64,000 bases of DNA, taken from Candidatus Latescibacterota bacterium (GTDB taxonomy: Bacteria > Latescibacterota > UBA2968). The DNA is taken from assembly GCA_965222605.1 (NCBI GenBank), contig OZ244960.1, forward strand, positions 672,001-736,000. Direction: 5' to 3'. This document shows positions 1-10,342 of the stretch, one piece after another. The notes beneath the pieces are model-generated. The model ran no database searches and had not been told where the DNA came from. It was given only the letters and a program-made list of their open reading frames with translations. Both the position numbers and the translations under genes were made by a program. Each line of letters opens with the position of its first letter. The stretch's first letter is position 1.

Positions 1-716
1 GCAATCCACGGCTGCCTGAAATAAGCCTGTTTTTCGCGGGGTAAATTTTCCAGCACCACTGGCGGAATATTCAACCGATGCCAATGCGTCGCCAAATGCG
101 AATACGCGTGCAAAATCGTCACCCGGGGCGTATCCCGTTGCCACACAGGACCTGCGTGACACACATTTTCCGTAAAAAATAGTGCGCTGCCCGGCGGGCA
201 CTCATACGTCATCAAAAACGGGCTGCGCCTCCCTTCCTTCAACGACAAATGCGCCTCGTGCATTGGAAAATTAGCTTTGTGACTCCCCACAATAAAATGG
301 GTGCCCCCATCCCCTTTATTCACCCCCGACAGTTCAAAAATCACCCGAACCATCCCCGCATGGATGCGTCCATTTTGAACCCGATACCCAAAAATCGGAT
401 CGATCTGCCTCGGTCCCCCTCCGTGCAATTCACCATGTGATTGCCCCTTCTTTCTCCAAACGCACCCTGCCGCCTCCAACCGAATCTCAGGCCCGATAAT
501 CTCGTGCAAAACATCGATCACCTTAGGATGATCGATCAACACACTCGCCGGTCCACCGGGAACGGCGCGATGTTCGGGAGGCAAAGATTCGGGATTGTGC
601 TTAATCCGATCAATCTGATCCACAATCGCCGCCACTTCATCTTTCGATAAAATCGCCGGTCGCACCATAAACCCCGTCAAATCAAATCTAAATCGTTCTT
701 CTTCGGTCAAACCCAT
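1..716 (-). CDS. Phytanoyl-CoA dioxygenase (PhyH)-family 2OG-Fe(II) oxygenase, runs off window edge
   Basis: Manual translation MGLTEEERFRFDLTGFMVRPAILSKDEV...LIDHPKVIDVLHEIIGP...FFTENVCHAGP; SD GGGAGG upstream; missing from ORF track because it is truncated. Confidence 0.75.
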   Translation of the reverse strand, partial: MGLTEEERFRFDLTGFMVRPAILSKDEVAAIVDQIDRIKHNPESLPPEHRAVPGGPASVLIDHPKVIDVLHEIIGPEIRLEAAGCVWRKKGQSHGELHGGGPRQIDPIFGYRVQNGRIHAGMVRVIFELSGVNKGDGGTHFIVGSHKANFPMHEAHLSLKEGRRSPFLMTYECPPGSALFFTENVCHAGPVWQRDTPRVTILHAYSHLATHWHRLNIPPVVLENLPREKQAYFRQPWI

Positions 717-879
717 AGCGGATTCCTCCCTCACAATAGCAATATCTCTGTTTTGATATATCACCATTAGAATATAACGCCATCCAACCGAAGTCAAACG
801 AGATAACTCTGCCTTGACTTCCCAATTACAAATCCCTAATATGCAATTGCTTTTGATCCATCATAGTAAAGGACAACCA

Positions 880-1932
880 ATGGATAAACAAATTCCAAAA
901 CGCGGGCTGGTGCAGCGCCTGAATGAAAACGGTGTAATATGCGCCGAAGGGTATCTGTTTGAACTCGAGCGCAGGGGATATCTCCAGGCAGGTGCTTATG
1001 TGCCCGAAGTCGTCTTAGAACACCCCGAAGCAGTCGCTGCTTTACACCGCGAATTTTTGCGGGCCGGCTCAGATGTTATCGAAGCCCTCACGTATTATGC
1101 CCACCGCGAAAAATTGCGTCTAATCGGCAAAGAAGAACTGCTCGAACCCCTTCAAAAAAACGCCTTATCAATTGCCCACGCCATAGCGCGAGAAGCTACC
1201 GCAGAGCCACCTCTGGTCGCAGGCAATATTTGCAACACAAATATCTGGCATCCCGATGACAAAGCATCCGACGCACTTGTTCGCGGCATGTTCGAAGAAC
1301 AAATTAACTGGGCAACCGACGCAAATGTCGATTTTATAATCGCCGAAACCTTCTCCTTTTTTGGCGAAGCGCGAATCGCTCTCAAAGCCATCAAAGAATC
1401 CGGCCTGCCCGCTGTCGTCACCCTCACCCCGCACAGGGAAGGCGACCTCAGAGATGAAATTACCCTCGAAGTTGCAGCCAAACAATTAGAGCAAGATGGC
1501 GCGACCGTCGTCGGTATTAATTGCGCGCGAGGCCCTCAGACCATGATGCCTGCTGTCGTGCGCATCCGACAGGCTGTATCGTGCCATGTTGCGGCTTTGC
1601 CCGTGCCCTACCGCACGACCGCTGATCACCCCACCATGCAGTCCCTTCGCGATCCGCGCTTGCCCAAAGATCGTCCCTTTCCCACTGCGCTTGATCCTTT
1701 TACCTGCAATCGATACGAAATGGCAGAATTTGCCAGAGAAGCATACAGCGCGGATATCCGTTACCTCGGCGTCTGCTGCGGTGGTGCGCCTCACCATGTT
1801 CGGGCCATTGCAGAAGCACTCGGACGCAAGCCAGAAGCCAGTCGCTATTCGCCAGACATGTCCAGGCACTATGCTTTTGGCACCCACGAAAGCCTGAAAA
1901 AATACAATCTGGACAACGCAAAAAATCTCTAA
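880..1932 (+). CDS. Homocysteine S-methyltransferase family (betaine-homocysteine methyltransferase-like)
   Basis: GINC and GVCCG zinc-ligand motifs, AEGYLFELERRGY N-terminus; start refined to ATG 880 after AAAGGA. Confidence 0.88.
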   Translation: MDKQIPKRGLVQRLNENGVICAEGYLFELERRGYLQAGAYVPEVVLEHPEAVAALHREFLRAGSDVIEALTYYAHREKLRLIGKEELLEPLQKNALSIAHAIAREATAEPPLVAGNICNTNIWHPDDKASDALVRGMFEEQINWATDANVDFIIAETFSFFGEARIALKAIKESGLPAVVTLTPHREGDLRDEITLEVAAKQLEQDGATVVGINCARGPQTMMPAVVRIRQAVSCHVAALPVPYRTTADHPTMQSLRDPRLPKDRPFPTALDPFTCNRYEMAEFAREAYSADIRYLGVCCGGAPHHVRAIAEALGRKPEASRYSPDMSRHYAFGTHESLKKYNLDNAKNL

Positions 1933-1948
1933 TACAAGCGAAAAGACC

Positions 1949-3121
1949 ATGAAAACAGATTGCGAATACATCGTCCTCGGTTGTGGAGGCATCGGTAGTG
2001 CCACAGCGTATTGGCTCTCGCGCCGAAAAAGCAAAGACGTCCTGGGCATAGAACAATTTGCACATGGTCACCACCACGGCGGCTCTCAGGATCACTCGCG
2101 CATCATCCGCCTGACCTATTACTACCCCCAATATATCCGCCTGGCACCTGCCTCTTACGCCGCCTGGCATACGCTCGAAGAGGAATCCGGCGTCCAGATG
2201 GTCTTCAAAACGGGCAGCATCCAATTTTCACCCGTCGATCACCCCTACCGATATGAAATCGACAAATACACGGGCGCAATGGACGAAACAGGCGTTCCCT
2301 ACGATCGCGTTGACGCCGATGAAATAGTGAAACGCTTTCCGCAATTCCGTCTAAAATACGAAGTCGATGGCATATACCAGGCCGATACCGGATTGGTAGA
2401 TGCAAGCCGGGGAAATGCCACCCACATAGCCATGGCGCGTTATCGCGGTGCCACTATGTTGGACAACTGTGAAGCCACACGCATTCGTCCAACCGACATC
2501 GGCGTCGAAATCGAAACCAAACAGGGCAATTTCTCATGCCGCAAACTCATCGTCACAGCCGGTGCATGGACAGATCGCCTGCTCGCCAGCGTAAATATGA
2601 ATCTGTCTCTCACCGTAACCCAGGAACAAATCACATACTACGCCACGCCAAACCTGCCGGACTTTGCCATTGGGAAATTTCCCATTTTCATCTCCCATGC
2701 CGACGAATCCATCTACGGATTCCCCATCTATGGCGAAATCGCCACCAAAGTTGGCATTGATGCATCCGGTCCCGCAGTAACAACCGATACGCGCACCTAT
2801 GAACCCGATGCCGAACGCGAACATCGCCAGGAAGCCTGGCTAAAAGAAAACATCCCCGGCTTTCTCGGCCCAAAACTCTACACCAAAACCTGTCTTTACA
2901 CAATGCCCAAAGACCGCCACTTCGCGATAGACACACTCCCCGAATATCCCCAAATCATCGTCTGCGTAGGCGCCGGGCACGCGTACAAATTCGCTGGCAT
3001 CCTGGGCAAAATCCTCAGCGAACTCGCCATTGATGGGCACACAAATTATCCGATAGAACCCTTTTCACTACAACGCGACGCCATCACCGATCCCAATTTT
3101 AACCCCGTCTTCCGAATGTAA
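1949..3121 (+). CDS. solA: Monomeric sarcosine oxidase / N-methyl-L-tryptophan oxidase (FAD)
   Basis: GCGGIG FAD motif, GSQDHSRIIR, CLYT covalent-flavin Cys, GHAYKF. Confidence 0.85.
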   Translation: MKTDCEYIVLGCGGIGSATAYWLSRRKSKDVLGIEQFAHGHHHGGSQDHSRIIRLTYYYPQYIRLAPASYAAWHTLEEESGVQMVFKTGSIQFSPVDHPYRYEIDKYTGAMDETGVPYDRVDADEIVKRFPQFRLKYEVDGIYQADTGLVDASRGNATHIAMARYRGATMLDNCEATRIRPTDIGVEIETKQGNFSCRKLIVTAGAWTDRLLASVNMNLSLTVTQEQITYYATPNLPDFAIGKFPIFISHADESIYGFPIYGEIATKVGIDASGPAVTTDTRTYEPDAEREHRQEAWLKENIPGFLGPKLYTKTCLYTMPKDRHFAIDTLPEYPQIIVCVGAGHAYKFAGILGKILSELAIDGHTNYPIEPFSLQRDAITDPNFNPVFRM

Positions 3122-3122
3122 T

Positions 3123-3854
3123 ATGTCTGCCGATATCCTGCGTCTAAACATGTGGTCCGGTCCCCGCAATGTCTCAACTGCCCTCATGTACTCATTCGCG
3201 CAGCGGTCAGACACCCGCGTGATTGACGAACCCCTCTACGGTCATTATTTACGCGTGTCTGCTGCCAAACACCCGGGTGCAAACGAAGTCATGGCCGCTA
3301 TGGAATGCAATGCCGAAAACGTCATTCGCGATGTCATTCTCGGCCCGTGTGATCGCCCCGTGCTCTTTATGAAACAGATGGCTCATCACCTCGTCGAAAT
3401 CAGTCGCGACTTTTTCAAACACACCCACAATGTCCTGCTCACGCGCGACCCCGTTGACATGCTGCCCTCACTCATCAATCAACTCAAAACACCCACCTTG
3501 CGCGATACGGGCTACAAAATACAAGCCCAGCTTTTACATGAATTTCACGCCATAGGTCAAAGATTCCCTGTGCTCGATTCTCGAGAACTCCTCAAAAATC
3601 CACGACATGTCCTCACAAAACTCTGCGACGCCCTCAACATACCCTTTGACCCCGCAATGCTCACATGGAAAGCCAAGCCCCGACCCGAAGACGGAATATG
3701 GGCGAAACACTGGTATCACAACGTCCACAAATCCACTGGCTTTCAACCCTATCGTCCCAAAACCGAACCCTTTCCCGATCACTTGCGCCCGCTCCTCGAA
3801 AAATGTCAACCCTATTACGACCAGCTTTATGCTCATGCCATCAAAGCTGAGTAA
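3123..3854 (+). CDS. Sulfotransferase-like P-loop protein (partner of class IV aminotransferase)
   Basis: MWSGPRNVSTALMYSFAQR, DEPLY, WAKHWYHNVHKSTGF motifs. Confidence 0.8.
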   Translation: MSADILRLNMWSGPRNVSTALMYSFAQRSDTRVIDEPLYGHYLRVSAAKHPGANEVMAAMECNAENVIRDVILGPCDRPVLFMKQMAHHLVEISRDFFKHTHNVLLTRDPVDMLPSLINQLKTPTLRDTGYKIQAQLLHEFHAIGQRFPVLDSRELLKNPRHVLTKLCDALNIPFDPAMLTWKAKPRPEDGIWAKHWYHNVHKSTGFQPYRPKTEPFPDHLRPLLEKCQPYYDQLYAHAIKAE

Positions 3855-3865
3855 ACGGAGTACCC

Positions 3866-4768
3866 GTGTCTATCCAATTACCCGATCCTCGAAACGAAAA
3901 CATCCTCATCTATGTCGGCGGCGAATTGCTCCCGCGCGAAGACGCCAAAATATCGGTCTTTGACAGCGCGGTTCAAGGCGGCGATGCCGTATGGGAGGGC
4001 CTGCGCGTGTACAACGGCAAAATCTTTCAACTCGACGCGCACCTCGACCGCCTCTTCGACTCTGCCAAAGCCATGGCTTTTGCGGATATCCCCTCTCGTG
4101 AAGCAATCAAAACCGCAATCTTTGAAACGCTCAAAGCCAACAACATGCGCGATGAAGTACATATCCGGCTCACGCTCACGCGGGGAAAAAAAACCTCATC
4201 GGGCATGAGTCCGCACTTTAATCAATACGGCTCCTGCCTCATTGTACTACCAGAATGGAAACCTCCCGTTTATTCTTCTCACGGCATCCGCCTGATCACC
4301 GCCTCGGTTCGCCGCAATCCGGCCATGTGCATCGACTCCAAAATCCATCACAACAATTTGATCAACAATATCCTCGCCAAAATCGAGGCCAATGTCGCAG
4401 GCGTTGATGACGCGATCATGCTCGACATCTTCGGCTATGTTTCCGAAACCAATGCCACCAATATCTTCATCATAAAAAAAGGGGCGCTTATCACGCCCCA
4501 CGCGGATTCCTGCTTGCCCGGCATTACAAGAGGTGTTGTAATTGATTGCGCGCGCGACCTGGGCATCGCAGTGACCGAGCGCAACATATCGCTTACCGAA
4601 GTCTATACAGCAGACGAAGGCTTCACCACCGGCACCATGGGCGAACTCTCACCCATCCTCGAAGTGGATGGCCGCACCATCGGCAACGGCAACCCCGGCA
4701 CCATCACCAACCACCTGCGCCAACAATACGCCCAACACACCGCCGAACAAGGCGACCCCATTCCTTAG
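3866..4768 (+). CDS. Aminotransferase class IV (branched-chain/D-amino acid type)
   Basis: GDAVWEGLR, SKIHHNNL (PLP Lys), ETNATNIF, LPGITR, GTMGE. Confidence 0.9.
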   Translation: MSIQLPDPRNENILIYVGGELLPREDAKISVFDSAVQGGDAVWEGLRVYNGKIFQLDAHLDRLFDSAKAMAFADIPSREAIKTAIFETLKANNMRDEVHIRLTLTRGKKTSSGMSPHFNQYGSCLIVLPEWKPPVYSSHGIRLITASVRRNPAMCIDSKIHHNNLINNILAKIEANVAGVDDAIMLDIFGYVSETNATNIFIIKKGALITPHADSCLPGITRGVVIDCARDLGIAVTERNISLTEVYTADEGFTTGTMGELSPILEVDGRTIGNGNPGTITNHLRQQYAQHTAEQGDPIP

Positions 4769-4795
4769 CCCATCAGACCAGGCCGAAAAAAAATA

Positions 4796-4823
4796 AAAAG
4801 CCGACGCACAAACGTCGGCTTTT
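4796..4823 (+). terminator. Intrinsic terminator hairpin
   Basis: aaaagccgacg-cacaaa-cgtcggctttt directly after the aminotransferase gene. Confidence 0.65.
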
Positions 4824-4897
4824 GTGATACCCTCTTTTCTTGACCTCATCCACACTTTTGAATATACCTCTCGACGGATCGCAACGCTCGCTGTGTA

Positions 4898-5260
4898 CTA
4901 CTTATAGACCAGATGGTCAGAAGTACGATCATGATCTATTTGTACATGAAGTCTTCCCGGTCGATGGGATCTAGGCTCCCTGATAACGATTTCCACATCG
5001 CGCCCGAGTGCTGTCAACAGACGCAGAAGACGCTCCATGGAATACTCCCGAAAGTCCCCTCTCAGGAGACGCGAAACATCAGGTTGGGACAGACCGAGCA
5101 ATTTCGCCGCCTCGACCTGCTTGAGTCCTCTCTGACGAATAATCTTGTCAATGCGGGTGACGAGTTCTGCCTTTAACAAGTGAGCTTCGGCGTCAGGTCG
5201 CCCCAGGTCGGCAAACACGTTACCACTTCCACGTTCGATTTTGATCTCTTTTGTCTTCAT
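4898..5260 (-). CDS. HigA-like XRE/HTH antitoxin
   Basis: GSGNVFADLG, LKQVEAAKLLGLSQPDVSRL HTH, YSMERLL; immediately downstream of toxin. Confidence 0.85.
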   Translation of the reverse strand: MKTKEIKIERGSGNVFADLGRPDAEAHLLKAELVTRIDKIIRQRGLKQVEAAKLLGLSQPDVSRLLRGDFREYSMERLLRLLTALGRDVEIVIREPRSHRPGRLHVQIDHDRTSDHLVYK

Positions 5261-5264
5261 TGCT

Positions 5265-5633
5265 CTACCTTTCGCCATAGACGTCCTTGTAGTGTTGTTC
5301 CGCTGTCCTAAGCCTGCGTTTGACCAGATCAATCTCCTGCTTTGGCGTCACAATGCCCCGCCTGGCTTTCTTCTGGAAGGCATGCAGGACATAAACGGCC
5401 AACTTGAATCGGACTGTGTAAACCGCCCGGTAGGTGTCGCCGTCATGACGGGAAACGACCTCTAAAACATGGGGTCCCAACCCCTTGAGCAGTTTAGCAT
5501 CGCGGTGTCTAAGTCTGATCTGGGCCTGATACAGGGCAAAGCCGATCCGATCCTGTACGGCAGCAGGAAACTTCTTCAAGTCCCCTTTACTCGATCCGAC
5601 CCATTCGACGGGCTTAAGCATCTCACTGGTCAT
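5265..5633 (-). CDS. RelE/HigB (Gp49-like) toxin
   Basis: KPVEWVGSSKGDL, DGDTYRAVY, VYVLHAFQKK; toxin-first order. Confidence 0.85.
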   Translation of the reverse strand: MTSEMLKPVEWVGSSKGDLKKFPAAVQDRIGFALYQAQIRLRHRDAKLLKGLGPHVLEVVSRHDGDTYRAVYTVRFKLAVYVLHAFQKKARRGIVTPKQEIDLVKRRLRTAEQHYKDVYGER

Positions 5634-5716
5634 ATCTAAATATAGTGGTTTCACCATATTTACACAAGCACCATTTTGTAAACGTCGGCTTTTTGTATGA
5701 GTCTTTGGCAGCGACC

Positions 5717-6538
5717 TCAACCATGAAAAACCTGCACCTGATCAGACGCTTTTCCCGACACAGTCGCTGGGTCGAGTGCGCCCTCCCCGAAGAGTCGAGG
5801 AAACGTCTGACCTGTCTTCAAAGAACGCGTTCGCGCATCCATGTAAGTCGCGCTGAAAGCTCGCCGGGGTGACGGGGTCGAATTGAGGGCCGATCGGTGG
5901 AGCAAAAAATTGTGCAACAAAACAGCCTCTCCTGCCTCGGTCTCCAGATCGATCACATCCTGGGACCGGGCGTACCTGGCTTGATCCTCTTCAGAAGTAT
6001 AGTGCCGCTCATTGAGAATACCCAGATTATTGCTACCCGGCACGATCTGCATACAACCGCTGGCAACAGTAGCAGCGTCCAGACCCATCCACACCGTGAT
6101 AATCGGATTGGTATCAATCCCCCAACCCACACCGATATCCTGATGCCAGGGCAAAATCGTGCCACTTTCAGCGGGTTTATTCATAAACATAGAGCGAAAA
6201 ACCGAAACATTTTCGCCGATATAGCGACGGGTAATCTGGCGGATGAGAGGGTGCTGCATATAGGTAAGGAAGAGCGGATCTTGTTCCAGATCATCGATAC
6301 GCCGATAATGGAGCGTCGGCTCCTGATTCCCCAGAGTGCGCTCTATTCTGACATCCGGCGTTTTGGAATTGAGTTGAAAGCGCATATTTTCGTAGCGGAC
6401 GCGGCCCAGCATAATATCGTCAATGCGCTGCTGCAGAGCGGCCAGTTCCTCAGGCGACAAGAGATGCCCCAGACGCAGGTACCCCTCAGCCATAAACTGT
6501 TCGTGGTGCGAGTCGCCAAACGAAGTGAGAGGATTCAC
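5717..6538 (-). CDS. PhyH-family dioxygenase
   Basis: WHQD, GCMQIVPGS, LLHRS..N motifs. Confidence 0.85.
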   Translation of the reverse strand: MNPLTSFGDSHHEQFMAEGYLRLGHLLSPEELAALQQRIDDIMLGRVRYENMRFQLNSKTPDVRIERTLGNQEPTLHYRRIDDLEQDPLFLTYMQHPLIRQITRRYIGENVSVFRSMFMNKPAESGTILPWHQDIGVGWGIDTNPIITVWMGLDAATVASGCMQIVPGSNNLGILNERHYTSEEDQARYARSQDVIDLETEAGEAVLLHNFLLHRSALNSTPSPRRAFSATYMDARTRSLKTGQTFPRLFGEGALDPATVSGKASDQVQVFHG

Positions 6539-6651
6539 GGTGTGACCTCCTCGAAAATTGAACTGCTTGTGTGATTTAATTGACTTTCAAACTATCACAG
6601 GGATTCGCCAGAAGCAACCGAAAAACGCCCAGTTCCGCGAAACGGCTCCGC

Positions 6652-6680
6652 TTGACAGAGAATAATTCTCTATATATGAT
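6652..6680 (+). promoter_or_regulatory. Sigma70-type promoter with overlapping inverted repeat
   Basis: TTGACA-17 nt-TATGAT; spacer holds agagaat-a-attctct. Confidence 0.65.
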
Positions 6681-6728
6681 GCCTGTCCTAATACGACAAA
6701 TCGCCAGTCACCAGAAAGGTGGGAAACC

Positions 6729-8108
6729 ATGAGCAATGTACGAGATTTCGGAGCCAGAGGGGACGGCATCACCGATGATACGAAAGCGATAGAGGATGCC
6801 CTGGCAAAAGGAGATGGAACGCTGCAATTTCCAAAAGGCGACTATCTCATTACGCACCCCATTAAAATAAAATTGGCCGACAGCGGGCGGGTAAGCATAG
6901 ATGGATCAGGAGGCACGGCAAAAATTCTCATGAACGGTGCAGGACCCGCATTTCAAATCGCAGGCACACATGAGCGCTCGGCCGATCCCAAAACCTTTGA
7001 ACCCGGCGTCTGGACCCATGAAAGAATGCCCACAATATCAAATTTAGAGATTGAAGGCAAACACCCCAAAGCAGATGGCTTCACGCTAACAGGCACCATG
7101 CAGGCAACCTTTGAAGGCGTACTATTGCGGAAGCTAAACCACGCCATCCACATACGCGATCGCGCCCGAAATGTCCTTATCTCCCACTGTCACCTGCACG
7201 ACAACCGCGGCGCAGGCATCTTTCTCGATCATGTAGATCTACATCAAATCATCGTAACCGCCTCCCACATAAGCTATTGCAAACGCGGGGGTATCAGAAT
7301 CATCGGCTCGCAAATCCGCAACTTACAAATCACCGGCAACGACATCGAATACAACTACGACGAAAATGCAGACCGCTCCGCAGATATCTGGATCGACACC
7401 AGCGACGGATCCGCCACCGTCCGCGAAGGCACCATATCGGGCAATACCATCCAGGCACTACCTTCGCCTGGAGGCGTAAATATATTGATGATCGGCCACT
7501 CTCCTCAAACGAATAACAAGGTGGGCCTGTTCACCATTGCGGGAAATTTGATCGGCACACAGGAAAATAACATCCACCTCATCGCGGCCAGAGGCGTCAC
7601 CATCTCGGGAAACGCGATCTACAATGGATTCAACCGAAACCTCCTGGTAGAACACGCGCAAAATATCGTGGTTGGGGGCAACAGCTTTGACCACAACCCC
7701 GATTATGGCCCCTCGCGCCGTACTGGCATTCAATTTATAAACAGCACAGATTGTATCCTCAGCGGATCAACGCTTCACGAGTTCCAAAGCGGACGAGATG
7801 AAAACGCGGATGATCGCCAGGGCCTTTTGGAAATCATCCGTTGCGCCCGGCTCACCGTAAACGGCTGCCAGATATTGGACGGCTATCCAGGCGCGATATA
7901 TATATCCGACTCCGACGACATCAGCATCACCGGATGTACCTTATTGGAGAGACGAAAACAAAAAGAAACCGTTTCAACGGTTCGCTGGAAAGGCATAGGC
8001 CGTGGTAATTTATTGAGCAACAACCGAATCGGAAACGGAATAGCAGGTGCATTATCCATAGACGAAACTGCTGACGTTCAAATCAGTCACAACCGGATGG
8101 ATATCTAA
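6729..8108 (+). CDS. Right-handed parallel beta-helix protein (pectate lyase superfamily)
   Basis: NVRDFGARGDGITDDT N-terminus and repeated xISGN/ITGN rungs. Confidence 0.8.
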   Translation: MSNVRDFGARGDGITDDTKAIEDALAKGDGTLQFPKGDYLITHPIKIKLADSGRVSIDGSGGTAKILMNGAGPAFQIAGTHERSADPKTFEPGVWTHERMPTISNLEIEGKHPKADGFTLTGTMQATFEGVLLRKLNHAIHIRDRARNVLISHCHLHDNRGAGIFLDHVDLHQIIVTASHISYCKRGGIRIIGSQIRNLQITGNDIEYNYDENADRSADIWIDTSDGSATVREGTISGNTIQALPSPGGVNILMIGHSPQTNNKVGLFTIAGNLIGTQENNIHLIAARGVTISGNAIYNGFNRNLLVEHAQNIVVGGNSFDHNPDYGPSRRTGIQFINSTDCILSGSTLHEFQSGRDENADDRQGLLEIIRCARLTVNGCQILDGYPGAIYISDSDDISITGCTLLERRKQKETVSTVRWKGIGRGNLLSNNRIGNGIAGALSIDETADVQISHNRMDI

Positions 8109-8118
8109 GGAGGTAAAT

Positions 8119-9210
8119 TTGTCTTTAAAACCCGACCTCTCAAAAGTACCTGGCGTCGTGATTGATCACAGCCCCGCCAGCACAAAACAATACCTGGGTA
8201 GCCCGAGCATCGTCATCATGCCCAATGGAGACTACATAACATCCCGTGACTTTTTTGGACCGGGCACAAATTACGACCGCATGGCCGTATTTCGTTCGCG
8301 CGACAAAGGGGAAACCTGGACCCAAATATCCGAACTGATCGGTCAGTGGTGGTCCAATCTGTTTTTGCACAAAGGCGACCTCTATCTACTCGGCACAAGC
8401 CGCGAATATGGCTATGCCGTAATTCGGCGATCTACAGACGCGGGTAAAACATGGACCGTACCAAAAGACAAACACACCGGACAAATCTCTGCTGAGGATC
8501 GCTATCACTGTGCCCCAATGCCCGTCGTCGCCCACAATGGATATCTCTGGCGCGCATTTGAATTGGCCTATGGTCCGCGAGAAGAGTGGAAAGCGCTGGT
8601 TCTTTCCGTACCCGAAGATGCAGATTTGCTTCGGGCAGAGAACTGGCGATTTAGCGAAGCGTATCAACACCTCTGGTCAAGTTCACAGTGGATTGAAGGC
8701 AATATCGTGATCACGCCAGATAACAAACTGGTAAACATCTTGCGTTCAAACCTGAGAAATGTCTCTCCCGAAGAGATACAGGCAAAAAGCGATAAAGCGG
8801 CTATTTTGCATATCTCAGAAGACGGAAAGACATTGACGCATGATCGGGATAGAGACCTGATCGATTTTCCGGGTGGCGGCGTAAAATTCACAATTCGATT
8901 TGACGATCAAACACAGCGCTATTGGTCATTGGGATGCAAACAAACCGATCCGCCAGCATACCGAAATACATTGGTCTTGACATCATCTACAGATTTGCAA
9001 ACCTGGCGAATCGAATCCGTAATCCTGCACCATCCCGATCCAGAAAAACACGCATTTCAATACGTTGACTGGCAATTTGAAGGCACTGATCTAATAGTGG
9101 CATCGCGCACAGCCTATGACGATGGCCTGGGCGGCGCGCACAACGGGCATGATGCGAACTATTTGACATTTCATCGAATTGAAAATTTCAGAGATCGAAT
9201 GGATGATTAA
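8119..9210 (+). CDS. Sialidase-like BNR/Asp-box beta-propeller
   Basis: SRDKGETW, STDAGKTW, STDLQTW Asp-boxes; FQYVDW. Confidence 0.75.
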   Translation: MSLKPDLSKVPGVVIDHSPASTKQYLGSPSIVIMPNGDYITSRDFFGPGTNYDRMAVFRSRDKGETWTQISELIGQWWSNLFLHKGDLYLLGTSREYGYAVIRRSTDAGKTWTVPKDKHTGQISAEDRYHCAPMPVVAHNGYLWRAFELAYGPREEWKALVLSVPEDADLLRAENWRFSEAYQHLWSSSQWIEGNIVITPDNKLVNILRSNLRNVSPEEIQAKSDKAAILHISEDGKTLTHDRDRDLIDFPGGGVKFTIRFDDQTQRYWSLGCKQTDPPAYRNTLVLTSSTDLQTWRIESVILHHPDPEKHAFQYVDWQFEGTDLIVASRTAYDDGLGGAHNGHDANYLTFHRIENFRDRMDD

Positions 9211-9234
9211 AGAATAGGACTCGGGGAGGATATA

Positions 9235-10148
9235 ATGAGACCAATTCACAGCCTTCAGCCAGACAGGATATTTTGCAATGGGAACCTGATCACCATGGCC
9301 GACCACAGCGGGACTGCGGTTGCCGTGTTGAATGGATCCATTTGCGCTGTGGGATCTGATCGTGAAATTATCGGTCTTGCAGGACCCGACACCGAGCGCG
9401 CCGACCTGGCGGGAAAAACCATGCTACCCGGATTTTACGACACACATGGACATTTCCCGAGCGCAGGACTCGTGGCTATTTCTTCAGTGAATTGCAATTC
9501 CCCGCCGATGGGACCTGTGGAAAAGATCGATGATATTGTTCAGCTCTTGGCAGAACAAGCCAAAGGCATCCCAGAGGGTCAGTGGGTATTGGGCAGGGGC
9601 TATGACGATACACTACTGGCAGAAAAACGGCACCCGACACGGGCAGATTTAGATCGGGCTTCGCAGACCCACCCGATATGCATCGTCCACACCTCGGGCC
9701 ATTTTGCATCGGCAAATACACGCGCATTGGAACGCGCCGGAATCCATTCTGACACGCCCAATCCAACAGGCGGAGTAATTCGCAAGGACCTCATCACGGG
9801 AGAGCCGGACGGTGTTTTGGAAGAGACCGCAATGCGTCCAGTGAGAAATTTGATTCCACCATTGGACGAAGCCCAGTGGTTTGAAGGGTTGGAGATCGCA
9901 GTAGATGAATATGTCCGCGAGGGCGTAACCTCAATAGTAATCGCCGGCTGCAACCGCCGCGACATTGCGCGACTGATGCCGCCTGGCAAAATTTTGAAGA
10001 AGATGCGAAAGGATCCATTGAGGTGGGCAAACTGGCGGACTTTGTGGTTTTAGAATCAGACCCATTTGCAGGGGATGTGTTGGCAATAAAGGATATCGAT
10101 ATTCTGGAAACAATTGTGGGCGGGAAGACAGTCTATCGCAAAGCGTGA
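9235..10148 (+). pseudogene. Amidohydrolase-3 (YtcJ-like) with internal deletion and frameshift
   Basis: N-terminal PGFYDTHGH; near 9975 it jumps to a C-terminal GSIEVGKLADFVVL...ETIVGGKTVY* in another frame. Confidence 0.8.
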
Positions 10149-10179
10149 TAACAGCCGCAAAATATAATCATTTACAAAG

Positions 10180-10217
10180 GAAAAGAACGGCAACGATTGA
10201 GCATTGCCGTTCTTTTC
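10180..10217 (+). terminator. Intrinsic terminator
   Basis: gaaaagaacggcaa...ttgccgttcttttc followed by T-rich tract. Confidence 0.7.
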
Positions 10218-10328
10218 TTTCTTATTACAGGACAAATTCATTTTGCTTGCATTCACAATTCAAGTGCGTTAATATATCGAAGTAAATTATTTTAATGAAT
10301 AAGTTTTCGAATAACATGATAAAACCAG

Positions 10329-10342
10329 ACCTGATATCAGGT
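10329..10342. promoter_or_regulatory. Perfect 14-bp palindrome, putative operator
   Basis: ACCTGATATCAGGT upstream of the TonB-receptor operon. Confidence 0.5.
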
